From the NCBI GenBank assembly GCA_001786765.1, contig MFTH01000016.1, positions 21,666 through 85,665 on the forward strand: 64,000 bases of DNA. Reading direction: 5' to 3'. Positions within the stretch are counted from its first letter, which is position 1. Each line of letters begins with the position of its first letter. Source of the stretch: Candidatus Nomurabacteria bacterium RIFCSPHIGHO2_01_FULL_37_25. Lineage in GTDB: Bacteria > Patescibacteriota > Minisyncoccia > Phycocordibacterales > UBA9973. The notes beneath the pieces are model-generated. The model had not been told where the DNA came from. It did not search any database and worked only from the letters and a program-made list of their open reading frames with translations. A program made the translations under genes and the position numbers. Of this stretch, positions 1 through 7,822 are shown one piece after another.

Positions 1-1519
1 CATGCAGATATACAGTATGAAATGGGGCTTTTTGAGCTAAATAAAGTCCAAATATAACCATGCGAGGCACCCACTTGAATATCAAATCATGTCCAGTCTC
101 CATCACATCTGTAGGATAATATTTTTTAAAATCTTCATGTTTTGGAAAACCTGTTGTCATAAGTGGCCATTGACCAGAAGAAAACCATGTGTCGAAAGTA
201 TCAGGATCTTTTGTCCAACCTTCACCATTTGGCTTTTCTTTACTTACTTTAAACTCTTCGCCTTTAAACCATGCAGGTATAGGTATGCCCCAAACTATTT
301 GCCGTGAGATGTTCCAGTCTATACTGTTTTCCATCCAATATCTGAAAATCTTTTCATAATTATCTGGAATAAATTTAATTTCACCTCTGTTCACTGAATT
401 GAGCGCGAGTTTAGTAAGGGGAGCCATCTTTACAAACCATTGGTCTTTTATCTGGGGTTCAATCACAGTACCACACTTGTAACATTTTTTGATTACGTTT
501 TGGTATTTTTCATCTATTTTAATCAGCAATCCTTTAGCTTTTAGTTTTTCTACAATCTTTGCTCGGGCGTCTTTGATATTCATTCCCGCAAATTCGTTAG
601 CTATTCCTAGCAACTTGCCTCGCCAGTCAATAATTTGTTCGGTGTCTAGGTCGTGCCTCTTTGCAATTTCAAAATCTATTTGCGAGTGCCACGGTGTGAT
701 GGTCATTACTCCAGTGCCGAATTCCATATCTATCGCCTCGTCTTTTATGATAGTTGCTTCTATTGGTCCATTTATCCATTCTAGTTTTATTTTTTGTCCG
801 TGTTTATATTCAGCATATCTTTTGTCATCCGGATGCATCACTACATATTTATCTCCAAATTTTGTTTCAGGCCGGACAGTAGCAATAGAGAAAGGGCCGT
901 ATTTTAAATAAAAAAGAGGTGACAATTCTTCAGAAGATTCAGTTTCTACTTCAGAGAGTGAAGTTTGATGTTTATAACACCAGTTTATGGCGCGTTTGCC
1001 ACGGTAGATTATTTTGTCGTTATACATTTTTACAAAAGTGTCTTGAGTTTTTTCCACCACATCAGGATCGAGAGTAAACTTTTCTCGCGACCAATCGCAA
1101 GATGCTCCGAGCGACCTGACTTGAGTTTCCATATTTTTTTTATTCAGTAAGGTAAAATCCAAGATTTCTTTATATAAATCATTTGGGTCCATGCCAAAAC
1201 GCGAGCGACCTTCTTTTTCTAGTTTTTTTTCATATACTACTTGAGTTTCAAATCCAGCATGATCTGCGCCAGGCAACCAAAGGGTTTTGAAGCCTGCCAT
1301 TCTTTTATACCTGATCATAATGTCTTCAAGTGTGATAAAAAGGGTGTGTCCAGCGTGCAAGTCTCCATTTGCGTTTGGCGGAGGCATGACGATAGTGAAA
1401 GATTTATGCCTTTCATCTGGTAAATTGTCCGGGTTAAAAAAACCGCTATCTTCCCATAGCTTGTAAATTCTTTCTTCTGTTTCTTTTGGGTTATAGGGCT
1501 TGAGTAATTTCTCTTCCAT
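1..1519 (-). CDS. valS: Valyl-tRNA synthetase (5' part; runs off the left edge)
   Basis: Hand translation from ATG 1519: MEEKLLKPYNPKETEERIYKLWEDSGFFNP...FTIVMPPPNANGDLHAGH (HIGH-type motif), then GADHAG, DWSRE, TVRPET and WCISRQIVWG motifs. Absent from the ORF track because it is open at the edge. Confidence 0.95.
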   Translation of the reverse strand, partial: MEEKLLKPYNPKETEERIYKLWEDSGFFNPDNLPDERHKSFTIVMPPPNANGDLHAGHTLFITLEDIMIRYKRMAGFKTLWLPGADHAGFETQVVYEKKLEKEGRSRFGMDPNDLYKEILDFTLLNKKNMETQVRSLGASCDWSREKFTLDPDVVEKTQDTFVKMYNDKIIYRGKRAINWCYKHQTSLSEVETESSEELSPLFYLKYGPFSIATVRPETKFGDKYVVMHPDDKRYAEYKHGQKIKLEWINGPIEATIIKDEAIDMEFGTGVMTITPWHSQIDFEIAKRHDLDTEQIIDWRGKLLGIANEFAGMNIKDARAKIVEKLKAKGLLIKIDEKYQNVIKKCYKCGTVIEPQIKDQWFVKMAPLTKLALNSVNRGEIKFIPDNYEKIFRYWMENSIDWNISRQIVWGIPIPAWFKGEEFKVSKEKPNGEGWTKDPDTFDTWFSSGQWPLMTTGFPKHEDFKKYYPTDVMETGHDLIFKWVPRMVIFGLYLAQKAPFHTVYLH

Positions 1520-1560
1520 AACTCAATAATATCACACCCTCCTTGACTCTGCGAGACAGG

Positions 1561-2826
1561 CTAAAGTCTTAGATTGCCAGTTGCTTTGATGCTCTGTGGG
1601 TTTGGAGGAAACTTTCCCTGCCTGCCGGCAGGCAGGTTTTTGTTTTTTATATAATTCAAATATCCGGCGATGCCGATCATCAGAGAATTATCTCCCGCAA
1701 GTCCTTTCGCGGGGAATAGAATTTTGATTTTTTTGCCTGCAATTTTTTTCATTTCTCTTTGCAGATGTGTATTGCAAGCCACTCCGCCACCGACTATCAG
1801 GGTTTTTACGTTATATTTTTCTATAGCTTTTTTTGTTTTATACACAAGACATTCAATCGCGGCGTTTTCAAACTCCAGAGCTATTTCACTTTTTATTTTG
1901 TCGTCTACTTTTCCATCTGGCGCAATTTTTCTGATTAAATAGAGAACAGCTGTTTTTAATCCAGAAAAAGAAAAATTAAAATCTTTACTGTGAAGCATAG
2001 GGCGGGGGAGAGAAAAACTAGAGCTTTGCGAGAGGGAAGCATTGCGCAGGCCGACGGGCCGAGCATAGTAATCCCGCACCAGTGGGATATACGTGCTGAG
2101 TCCTCGCAAAGTTCTGGTTTTTCTCGTTTTCAAGAGTATGTTTCTTTGAAGTTCTGCTAATTTTGAGATCTCTGGCCCACCGGGGTAGGGAAGGTCAAGC
2201 ATTCTAGCTACTTTATCAAAAGCCTCGCCGACGGCATCGTCTAAACTTTCACCGATTATTTCATATTGCATCCATTTTTTTATTAATATGAGCTGTGTGT
2301 GTCCACCAGAAACCAAAAGCGCTAGTATTGGAAATTTTATTTTTGCTTGCCCGCCAGAGCCTTGGTGACGGAGGGGAATTTTAAATTTTCCCTTATTTTT
2401 TCCAAACACTGAAAGTGTGTGTCCTTCCATATGATTTACTGGGATTAAAGGCACGCCCCATTTTTGGGCTAAATTTTTCGCAAATAAAATACCTTCCCAA
2501 AGACACATTTCTAACCCCGGACCATAGGTAACGGCTATCAAATCCAACGGAGATTTTATGTTAACATTTTCTGCTATCGCTGAGTTTGTTAATATTGGTT
2601 TTATTTTAGCTTGCTTCAATGCTACTTCTAGTAAAATTGGCAGATTCTTAGCATGTTCTCGTTTTGCAAGCACAGGGTAGACTCCGCCATAAGGAATATG
2701 TATTTTTATCTGAGAATTTGAATTATTTGCCAAGACTTCAAAAGAAGCATTTGAAGCGCCTCCATTTGCTTTCATGATGCTTATAGCCGTGTCGTCGCAA
2801 CTTGTTTCAATGCTTAAAATTTTCAT
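1561..2826 (-). CDS. tsaD: tRNA threonylcarbamoyladenosine biosynthesis protein TsaD, carrying four in-frame repeat-derived insertions
   Basis: IETSCDDT, GPGL, NHMEGH, LLVSGGHT, DDAVGEAFDKVAR, FSFSGLKT, GGVACN and GDNSLMI motifs. 421 aa is longer than a typical TsaD. Confidence 0.96.
   Translation of the reverse strand: MKILSIETSCDDTAISIMKANGGASNASFEVLANNSNSQIKIHIPYGGVYPVLAKREHAKNLPILLEVALKQAKIKPILTNSAIAENVNIKSPLDLIAVTYGPGLEMCLWEGILFAKNLAQKWGVPLIPVNHMEGHTLSVFGKNKGKFKIPLRHQGSGGQAKIKFPILALLVSGGHTQLILIKKWMQYEIIGESLDDAVGEAFDKVARMLDLPYPGGPEISKLAELQRNILLKTRKTRTLRGLSTYIPLVRDYYARPVGLRNASLSQSSSFSLPRPMLHSKDFNFSFSGLKTAVLYLIRKIAPDGKVDDKIKSEIALEFENAAIECLVYKTKKAIEKYNVKTLIVGGGVACNTHLQREMKKIAGKKIKILFPAKGLAGDNSLMIGIAGYLNYIKNKNLPAGRQGKFPPNPQSIKATGNLRL
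1617..1636. repeat. Perfect 20-bp palindrome CCTGCCTGCCGGCAGGCAGG (family D) inside the tsaD 3' end, encoding LPAGRQG
   Basis: Self-complementary as read. A variant CCTGCCTGCGCAGACAGG lies in mreC at 53257-53274. Confidence 0.9.
2010..2125. repeat. ~116-bp multi-stem element with 23-bp inverted arms, in frame in tsaD
   Basis: Arms gagaaaaactagagctttgcgag / ctcgcaaagttctggtttttctc enclose GC-rich inner hairpins. Encodes the non-TsaD peptide RKTRTLRGLSTYIPLVRDYYARPVGLRNASLSQSSS. Confidence 0.8.
2346..2376 (-). repeat. Family E short repeat in tsaD (PLRHQGSGGQ)
   Basis: cccctccgtcaccaaggctctggcgggcaag resembles the dnaG copy at 41851-41880 and the copies at 12619-12645 and 55740-55766. Confidence 0.7.
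2558..2595. repeat. Palindrome with TCTGCTATCGCWGA core inside tsaD (ILTNSAIAENVNI)
   Basis: atgttaacattttctgctatcgctgagtttgttaatat has the same core as the repeats flanking the 3081-3566 gene. Confidence 0.75.
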
Positions 2827-2836
2827 AGGATTATTC

Positions 2837-2911
2837 TGGTGCGCGGTGAGGGGATTGAACCCCCGGCCTACTCTACGTCAAAGAGTCGCTCTACCACTGA
2901 GCTAACCGCGC
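2837..2911 (-). tRNA. tRNA-Val(GAC), CCA encoded
   Basis: Cloverleaf gcgcggttagctcagtggtagagc-actct-ttGACgt-agagt...ggttcaatcc...cgcgcacca. Confidence 0.95.
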
Positions 2912-3026
2912 AGATTTTCTTTATAACATTTTTACATATTTTTTCCAATAGTTCGAATGGTCTCACTAAAATTCTAGATTCAATGTGTTAATGGTGTTAA
3001 TGCAACAAATTCACTACACTCCCACT

Positions 3027-3062
3027 ATACTTATAACTCTGCTATCGCTTGTTTGTAAGTAT
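3027..3062. repeat. 36-bp palindromic repeat upstream of the PaaX/Cas2-like gene, overlapping its -35 region
   Basis: atacttataactctgctatcgcttgtttgtaagtat; 29/36 identical to 3570-3605 by hand count. Confidence 0.8.
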
Positions 3063-3065
3063 TTA

Positions 3066-3074
3066 TGATATAAT
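3066..3074 (+). promoter_or_regulatory. Extended -10 promoter (TGaTATAAT) 6 nt before the ATG, implying a leaderless transcript
   Basis: Consensus match and spacing to ATG 3081. Confidence 0.65.
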
Positions 3075-3080
3075 CTGTGA

Positions 3081-3566
3081 ATGGGACTTATGTATGAAAT
3101 TCTAAAAGAGCTAAGTAGCCAATCTTTTTATTATAAAGGGGTACAGGTTAATTTATTTGGACTCCCAAAATTTAAAGATTATTCGCGGAATAGTATAAGC
3201 GGTTCTCTCTCTTATATGCATAAAAAAGGTTTTTTAGAATATGATGACGAAAAAATAAAAATTACTCATGAAGGTCGAAAATATATAACAAGAAAATTCG
3301 ATTCATTAAAACAATTTAATTTCAAATTTGGAAAAGATGCGCCCAAAAATCTTATAGTTATGTTTGATATTCCGGAGACTAGAAAAGCCGAAAGAGAATG
3401 GTTACGTTGGCATCTAAAAAAATTTAATTACTTGATGATTCAAAAGAGCGTGTGGGTCGGGCCGTCACCACTACCTAAAGAATTTTTAGATTATGTAAAA
3501 AGTATAGGTATAAAGGATGGATTAAAAACCTTCAAACTAGCCAAAGGCTACGTATTTGAAAAATAA
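3081..3566 (+). CDS. PaaX-like protein: N-terminal wHTH plus C-terminal Cas2/VapD-like ferredoxin-fold domain (stand-alone, no cas operon)
   Basis: wHTH-like LSYMHKKGFLE...IKITHEGR, then IVMFDIPE..K..R..LR..LK...Y.MIQKSVWV, typical of Cas2/PaaX central domains. Confidence 0.8.
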   Translation: MGLMYEILKELSSQSFYYKGVQVNLFGLPKFKDYSRNSISGSLSYMHKKGFLEYDDEKIKITHEGRKYITRKFDSLKQFNFKFGKDAPKNLIVMFDIPETRKAEREWLRWHLKKFNYLMIQKSVWVGPSPLPKEFLDYVKSIGIKDGLKTFKLAKGYVFEK

Positions 3567-3569
3567 CAA

Positions 3570-3605
3570 ATACTTATATTTCTGCTATCGCAGAGTTCTA
3601 AGTAT
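3570..3605. repeat. 36-bp palindromic repeat downstream of the PaaX/Cas2-like gene
   Basis: atacttatatttctgctatcgcagagttctaagtat; the inverted arms extend to 3564-3611 and include the stop codon. Confidence 0.8.
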
Positions 3606-3681
3606 TTGTTAGTGTTTGTTATTTGTTTAGGTTAACTATTTTATCTTAAGATTATATTTTAAGATTATATCTTAAAATTAA

Positions 3682-4917
3682 CTATAATATTTTCTCTTTA
3701 ATTCTCTCAAGGGCGAGGATGAATGCGCCCATGCGCAGAGAAGTTTTTGTTTTTTTTGTTTTTTCTAACATTTTTTTAGAGGCGCCTTTCATAATTTTAT
3801 TTAATTTTTCAAAAACCTTTTCTTCACTCCAATGTTTATTTTTCAAATTTTGGTCCCATTCAAAATACGAAACTACAACTCCTCCGGAATTCGCAAGTAT
3901 ATCTGGCACAACCGGAATATCTTTTTTAAATAAAATTTCATCTGCCTCGGGCGTCGTAGGACCGTTGGCAAGTTCTAAGATAGCTTTAGCTTTTATTTTT
4001 CCAGCATTTTTCTCAGTTATAACATTTTCAAAAGCGGCTGGGATTAGAAGGTCACAGGGGAGTTCGAGTAATTCTGCATTTGTAATATTTTTAGCTCCTG
4101 GAAAATTTTTAAAGCTACCAGTCTTTTTCTTATAATTTTCAACACCTTCTAAATCTAATCCATTTTTGTTAAATATTGCGCTCTTAGAATCAGATACCGC
4201 TATGACTTTATGTTTATTTTCAGTAAAAATACGCGCTACATTTCCACCTACATTTCCAAAACCTTGAACCACTACTTTGCATTCTTCTGGGAGTTTGAGT
4301 TCTTTTCGAAGAGCGTCAAAAGCATAAAAACCACCTAAGCCAGTTGCTGGGCCTCTACCTTCTGAACCGCCTTTGTCTATAGGCTTACCTGTAAATGTCG
4401 CTCTTGTTTCATTGATATTTTTATTTTTAGTTATTTTTTTGTATTCATCTGCCATCCAAGCCATTATCTCTGGCGTGGTATTTACATCCGGCGCAGGCAC
4501 ATCTTTATATGGTCCCAAAATATCAGAAAGTTTTTGCACCCATCCGCGCGAAAGTTTTTCCAGTTCTCCTTTAGACAACTTTTTCGGATCAACTGTTACT
4601 CCGCCTTTACCTCCACCCATCGGAATTCCAGCTACTGCGCATTTGAGCGCCATCCAGAAAGCGAGAGCTTTTACTTCATTTATTTCAGTATCAAGATGGT
4701 ATCTGATTCCACCCTTGTATGGCCCTAGAGCGTTGTTATATTCCACTCTATATCCTTCAAAAACTCGCAAAGAACCGTCGTCCATTTTTATTGGAATCGA
4801 AATTCTTATATCGCGATCGGGTTGGCGCATTCTCTTTATAAACTCAGCGCTAAAACTTTTGTTTATTTTAGCAACTTTGTCTAGCTGTGCCATGGCGTTC
4901 TTAAATGGATTGTGCAT
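3682..4917 (-). CDS. gdhA: Glu/Leu/Phe/Val dehydrogenase (glutamate dehydrogenase)
   Basis: GPYKGGIR, GGGKGG, DVPAPDV, VQGFGNVG and ANSGGVVVSYFEW motifs. Start placed at MHNPF. Confidence 0.93.
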   Translation of the reverse strand: MHNPFKNAMAQLDKVAKINKSFSAEFIKRMRQPDRDIRISIPIKMDDGSLRVFEGYRVEYNNALGPYKGGIRYHLDTEINEVKALAFWMALKCAVAGIPMGGGKGGVTVDPKKLSKGELEKLSRGWVQKLSDILGPYKDVPAPDVNTTPEIMAWMADEYKKITKNKNINETRATFTGKPIDKGGSEGRGPATGLGGFYAFDALRKELKLPEECKVVVQGFGNVGGNVARIFTENKHKVIAVSDSKSAIFNKNGLDLEGVENYKKKTGSFKNFPGAKNITNAELLELPCDLLIPAAFENVITEKNAGKIKAKAILELANGPTTPEADEILFKKDIPVVPDILANSGGVVVSYFEWDQNLKNKHWSEEKVFEKLNKIMKGASKKMLEKTKKTKTSLRMGAFILALERIKEKIL

Positions 4918-4938
4918 GTTTATAGTATACATTAAAAA

Positions 4939-5697
4939 TTAAATTTCTGGTACGAATTTTTTTAAGACTTCAAATTCTTCATTAGAGTTTGCGGCGAGTG
5001 CTTCGGTCGGCTCGATATCGATAGATTCGATTTTTTCTCCTTGGTTCATAGCTATTTGTATCAAATCAGTTTGATAATATTGTTTTTGGTCATTATTTGT
5101 TTGGAGCTTCTTTAAGTTTTTCCAAAGCCAATTTGCATTAAAACAAAAAAATATTGGATTTATTTCGGTAACTTTCTTTTCTTCATCATTTGTATCTCGA
5201 AACTGAACGTCTTTGGTGATCTCATTCTTTTCGTTACGAATTATTCGGGAAAAACTATTATAGAAAACATTTCTCCAGTCTTTAAAATCCGGAAGCTTTA
5301 CTGTAGCCATGGTTATCTTTGCCCCTGATTCTAGATGTTTATTTGCTAGTTTTTGTATCGTTTCAGTAGTTATAAAAGGATGATCGCTCGGCAAAACCAT
5401 TACATTTTTTGACTTATTTTTTAGCAAACTCTCCGCAATCATTATGGCGTGTCCAGTGCCTAGCTGTTCTTCTTGGATTGCGTAATTATATTTGTCGCCA
5501 AGTTCTTGCATTATCTCCTCTCTTCTGTGTCCGACAACCACAACCGGGTTTTCGTCTATTCCAGATTTACTGATTGATTCCAGTACGTATTTTATCATTG
5601 GCTTAGCATTTAATTGCACTAAAACTTTCGGCACCTCGCCTTTCATTCGAGTGCCTTTGCCGCCAGCCAGTATTATGATTCGTATATCCTTTTGCAT
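4939..5697 (-). CDS. NTP-transferase, GlmU-like uridyltransferase domain only
   Basis: ILAGGKGTRM...PKVL, QEEQLGTGHA and YYQTDLI motifs; no left-handed beta-helix acetyltransferase domain. Confidence 0.85.
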   Translation of the reverse strand: MQKDIRIIILAGGKGTRMKGEVPKVLVQLNAKPMIKYVLESISKSGIDENPVVVVGHRREEIMQELGDKYNYAIQEEQLGTGHAIMIAESLLKNKSKNVMVLPSDHPFITTETIQKLANKHLESGAKITMATVKLPDFKDWRNVFYNSFSRIIRNEKNEITKDVQFRDTNDEEKKVTEINPIFFCFNANWLWKNLKKLQTNNDQKQYYQTDLIQIAMNQGEKIESIDIEPTEALAANSNEEFEVLKKFVPEI

Positions 5698-5719
5698 GAG
5701 TAATACATAATATATCGTA

Positions 5720-5862
5720 AATTACGAAACTTGTCGAAGGCATGTCTTTTTTAGGGGGTTTCGAGGCTGTCGAGCGCTGAACTTCAAGATTTTTCAAGGC
5801 TAATTTTTATTTGAAAAATCCGTACCCTAGAAAAAGACATGCCCAGAAAGAGTTTTGTAATT
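5720..5862 (+). repeat. Family A multi-stem repeat, copy 1
   Basis: Core ggggtttcgaggctgtcgagc...aacttcaagattttt...aaaaatccgtacc between inverted arms ...ggcatgtcttttt / aaaaagacatgcc... Confidence 0.9.
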
Positions 5863-5875
5863 CAAAGTAATATAA

Positions 5876-6463
5876 TTAAACCTTGCGTTTTGCAATTTCT
5901 TTCAGCACTTTCGGAATTTTTTTAAAATCTTCTTTTAAAATTTCGCGCATAGAGCCGTCATATAAAGCCGCGGCGGGATGATAAAGAGGGAAGAAGTAGC
6001 TTGTGGATATGCCTTTGAATTTTTTAATTAAAAGTTTGCCGTGCGCTCCGGAGATTTGTAAATCTGGGAAAAAATTATTCATCGCATGCCTACCTAAAAA
6101 TATTATTAGCTTGGGCGAAATTATTTTTAGTTCCCCTAGTAGCCATTCTCGACAACTGCTTTTTTCTTCTGGCAGGGGATCGCGGTTGTTTGGAGGGCGA
6201 TATTTTACTATATTTGTAATATATATTTCACTTCTCTTTAGATTTATCAATTCCAGCATTTCGTCCAAAAATTTTCCCGCTGCTCCGACAAATGGAATTC
6301 CGAGCTTGTCTTCACTGCGACCTGGCGCTTCTCCGATAAAAATAATATCTGCATCAGGGTTGCCAACTCCCGGCACTGCTTGTGTAGCAGTCTTTTTGAG
6401 TTCGCACTGACATTCTTCCAGCCACTTCTTATTTAGGTTTTCTAACTCTAGGCTTTTATCCAT
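5876..6463 (-). CDS. udg: Uracil-DNA glycosylase, family 4
   Basis: IGEAPG, PFVGAAG, TNIVKYRPPNNRDP and YHPAAALY motifs. Confidence 0.93.
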   Translation of the reverse strand: MDKSLELENLNKKWLEECQCELKKTATQAVPGVGNPDADIIFIGEAPGRSEDKLGIPFVGAAGKFLDEMLELINLKRSEIYITNIVKYRPPNNRDPLPEEKSSCREWLLGELKIISPKLIIFLGRHAMNNFFPDLQISGAHGKLLIKKFKGISTSYFFPLYHPAAALYDGSMREILKEDFKKIPKVLKEIAKRKV

Positions 6464-6633
6464 AAGGTATATCAATAGTATAACTTAAAAATTCTTTTGC
6501 AATTATGTATAAAAATGTTATTATATTTTCAACTTGGCTCTATCGTTTAACCAAGTTAAAATGTAGCGGACATCGGGTTTTTAAAAACCTGTAAATTGGT
6601 GAAGCTATAATTATTAAGAAAAATATAAATTAA

Positions 6634-6705
6634 GGCCCCATCGTCTAACGGTTAGGACACCGGGTTTTCAATCCGATAATCAGAGTTCGATTCTCTGTGG
6701 GGTCA
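6634..6705 (+). tRNA. tRNA-Glu(TTC), CCA not encoded
   Basis: ggccccatcgtctaacggttaggac-ccggg-ttTTCaa-tccga...gttcgatt...tggggtca. Confidence 0.93.
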
Positions 6706-6887
6706 CAAATTTTTTGAGAGAGCAAACTGCTTTGCTCTTGATAAAATTTGTGAAGACAGAAGCATAATTCGTCAGTAGACGAATAGCTGAGTCCGGGTCT
6801 GGAAAATTTGCTTTCGACGGAAAGCAAATTATTGTAGACCACGTGAACTCTGCACGCGAAGCGTACAGAACTTGGTATAATAAGATT

Positions 6888-7448
6888 ATGGAAGAAAAGA
6901 TGGATGAAAATATTGACAAGAGTCTTTCAAGAACCGGGAGATATGTGATTTATAGTATTTGGATACAAAGTCAACTTTCAGATTTAATCATTTTAAATAG
7001 AAATAAAGGTATTATAAATGATTTTAATAGTCAAGAAATAATCCCATCAATTTTAAGAGAGCAGAGATATATTTTTTGGGAAAAGGATTTTAGGGAAGTT
7101 AAAGAAATTTTTGAAACTGAGTTTTCTAGTTTATTAACAACTGAGGTAAAAATGGTATTAAGCTCCATTTATTATTTGAGAAATGCTATAGTTCATTCGC
7201 ATGTTTCGGTTGGTCGCAAATATTTATTATATAAACCTAAAAATGAAAAGATAGTACAAAGCATAAAAGAAACTCTAACCATAAAGAATAAAAGTGATGA
7301 AAACTTGAATGTTCCTGAAATCTTTAAAATTGATTTTTCAAAGGACTCATTATATTTTGAAAACATGCAAGTAATAAAAAATTTTGATGAAGTTTTTCTT
7401 AAAATGATTTGTGAAAAAATTGGTGTTTTTCATCCAAAAATAAGGTAA
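6888..7448 (+). CDS. Hypothetical protein (all-helical, LRNAIVH motif reminiscent of HEPN RxxxxH)
   Basis: AT-rich ORF; TGgTATAAT 6 nt upstream of ATG 6888; contains RNAIVH. Confidence 0.7.
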   Translation: MEEKMDENIDKSLSRTGRYVIYSIWIQSQLSDLIILNRNKGIINDFNSQEIIPSILREQRYIFWEKDFREVKEIFETEFSSLLTTEVKMVLSSIYYLRNAIVHSHVSVGRKYLLYKPKNEKIVQSIKETLTIKNKSDENLNVPEIFKIDFSKDSLYFENMQVIKNFDEVFLKMICEKIGVFHPKIR

Positions 7449-7590
7449 CAAGCTTAACTTGTAGAATAAAATTCTTTAAAATATCTTTAGTAGATGATTT
7501 TGCTTTAATTAAAAATATACGATACGCTTTAGCGTGAGGGTATATGGGATAGCCCAAGAGGGCAGGAAGACGTATCGACAAACACAGCAA

Positions 7591-7675
7591 GGAGATGTGG
7601 CTGAGTGGTTGAAGGCACCGGTTTCGAAAACCGGCATACCGAAAGGTATCGTGAGTTCAAATCTCACCATCTCCG
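7591..7675 (+). tRNA. tRNA-Ser(CGA)
   Basis: ggagatgtggctgagtgg...ccggt-ttCGAaa-accgg, long variable arm (ataccgaaaggtat), gttcaaatc. Confidence 0.95.
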
Positions 7676-7708
7676 CCTTCGGTCGCCGAAGCGACCTCAT
7701 AAATTACA

Positions 7709-7821
7709 AAACTCATAAAATATCAATTTTTTCCGGTACGGATTTTTTGAAGGTTAAAAAATCCTGAAGTTTGCTCGCCGTCGCTCGCAAAACCCCTGCA
7801 AAAATTATATTTTATGAGTTT
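7709..7821 (-). repeat. Family A multi-stem repeat, copy 2
   Basis: Same core in reverse orientation; arms aaactcataaaatat / atattttatgagttt. Confidence 0.88.
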
Positions 7822-7822
7822 C

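Noticed and set aside
3027-3605. CRISPR array next to a cas2-like gene
   Set aside because: There are only two 36-bp repeats, separated by the whole gene; no spacer array and no cas1 or effector genes.
3640-3681. Short AT-rich tandem or palindromic repeat (taagattatat)
   Set aside because: Low complexity between convergent genes; probably terminator-related or chance.
4939-5697. Truncated glmU pseudogene
   Set aside because: It is an intact single-domain nucleotidyltransferase with a clean end and no remnant of the second domain.
6645-7767. ORFs at 6645, 6680, 7509 and 7534
   Set aside because: They overlap tRNA genes and are spurious.
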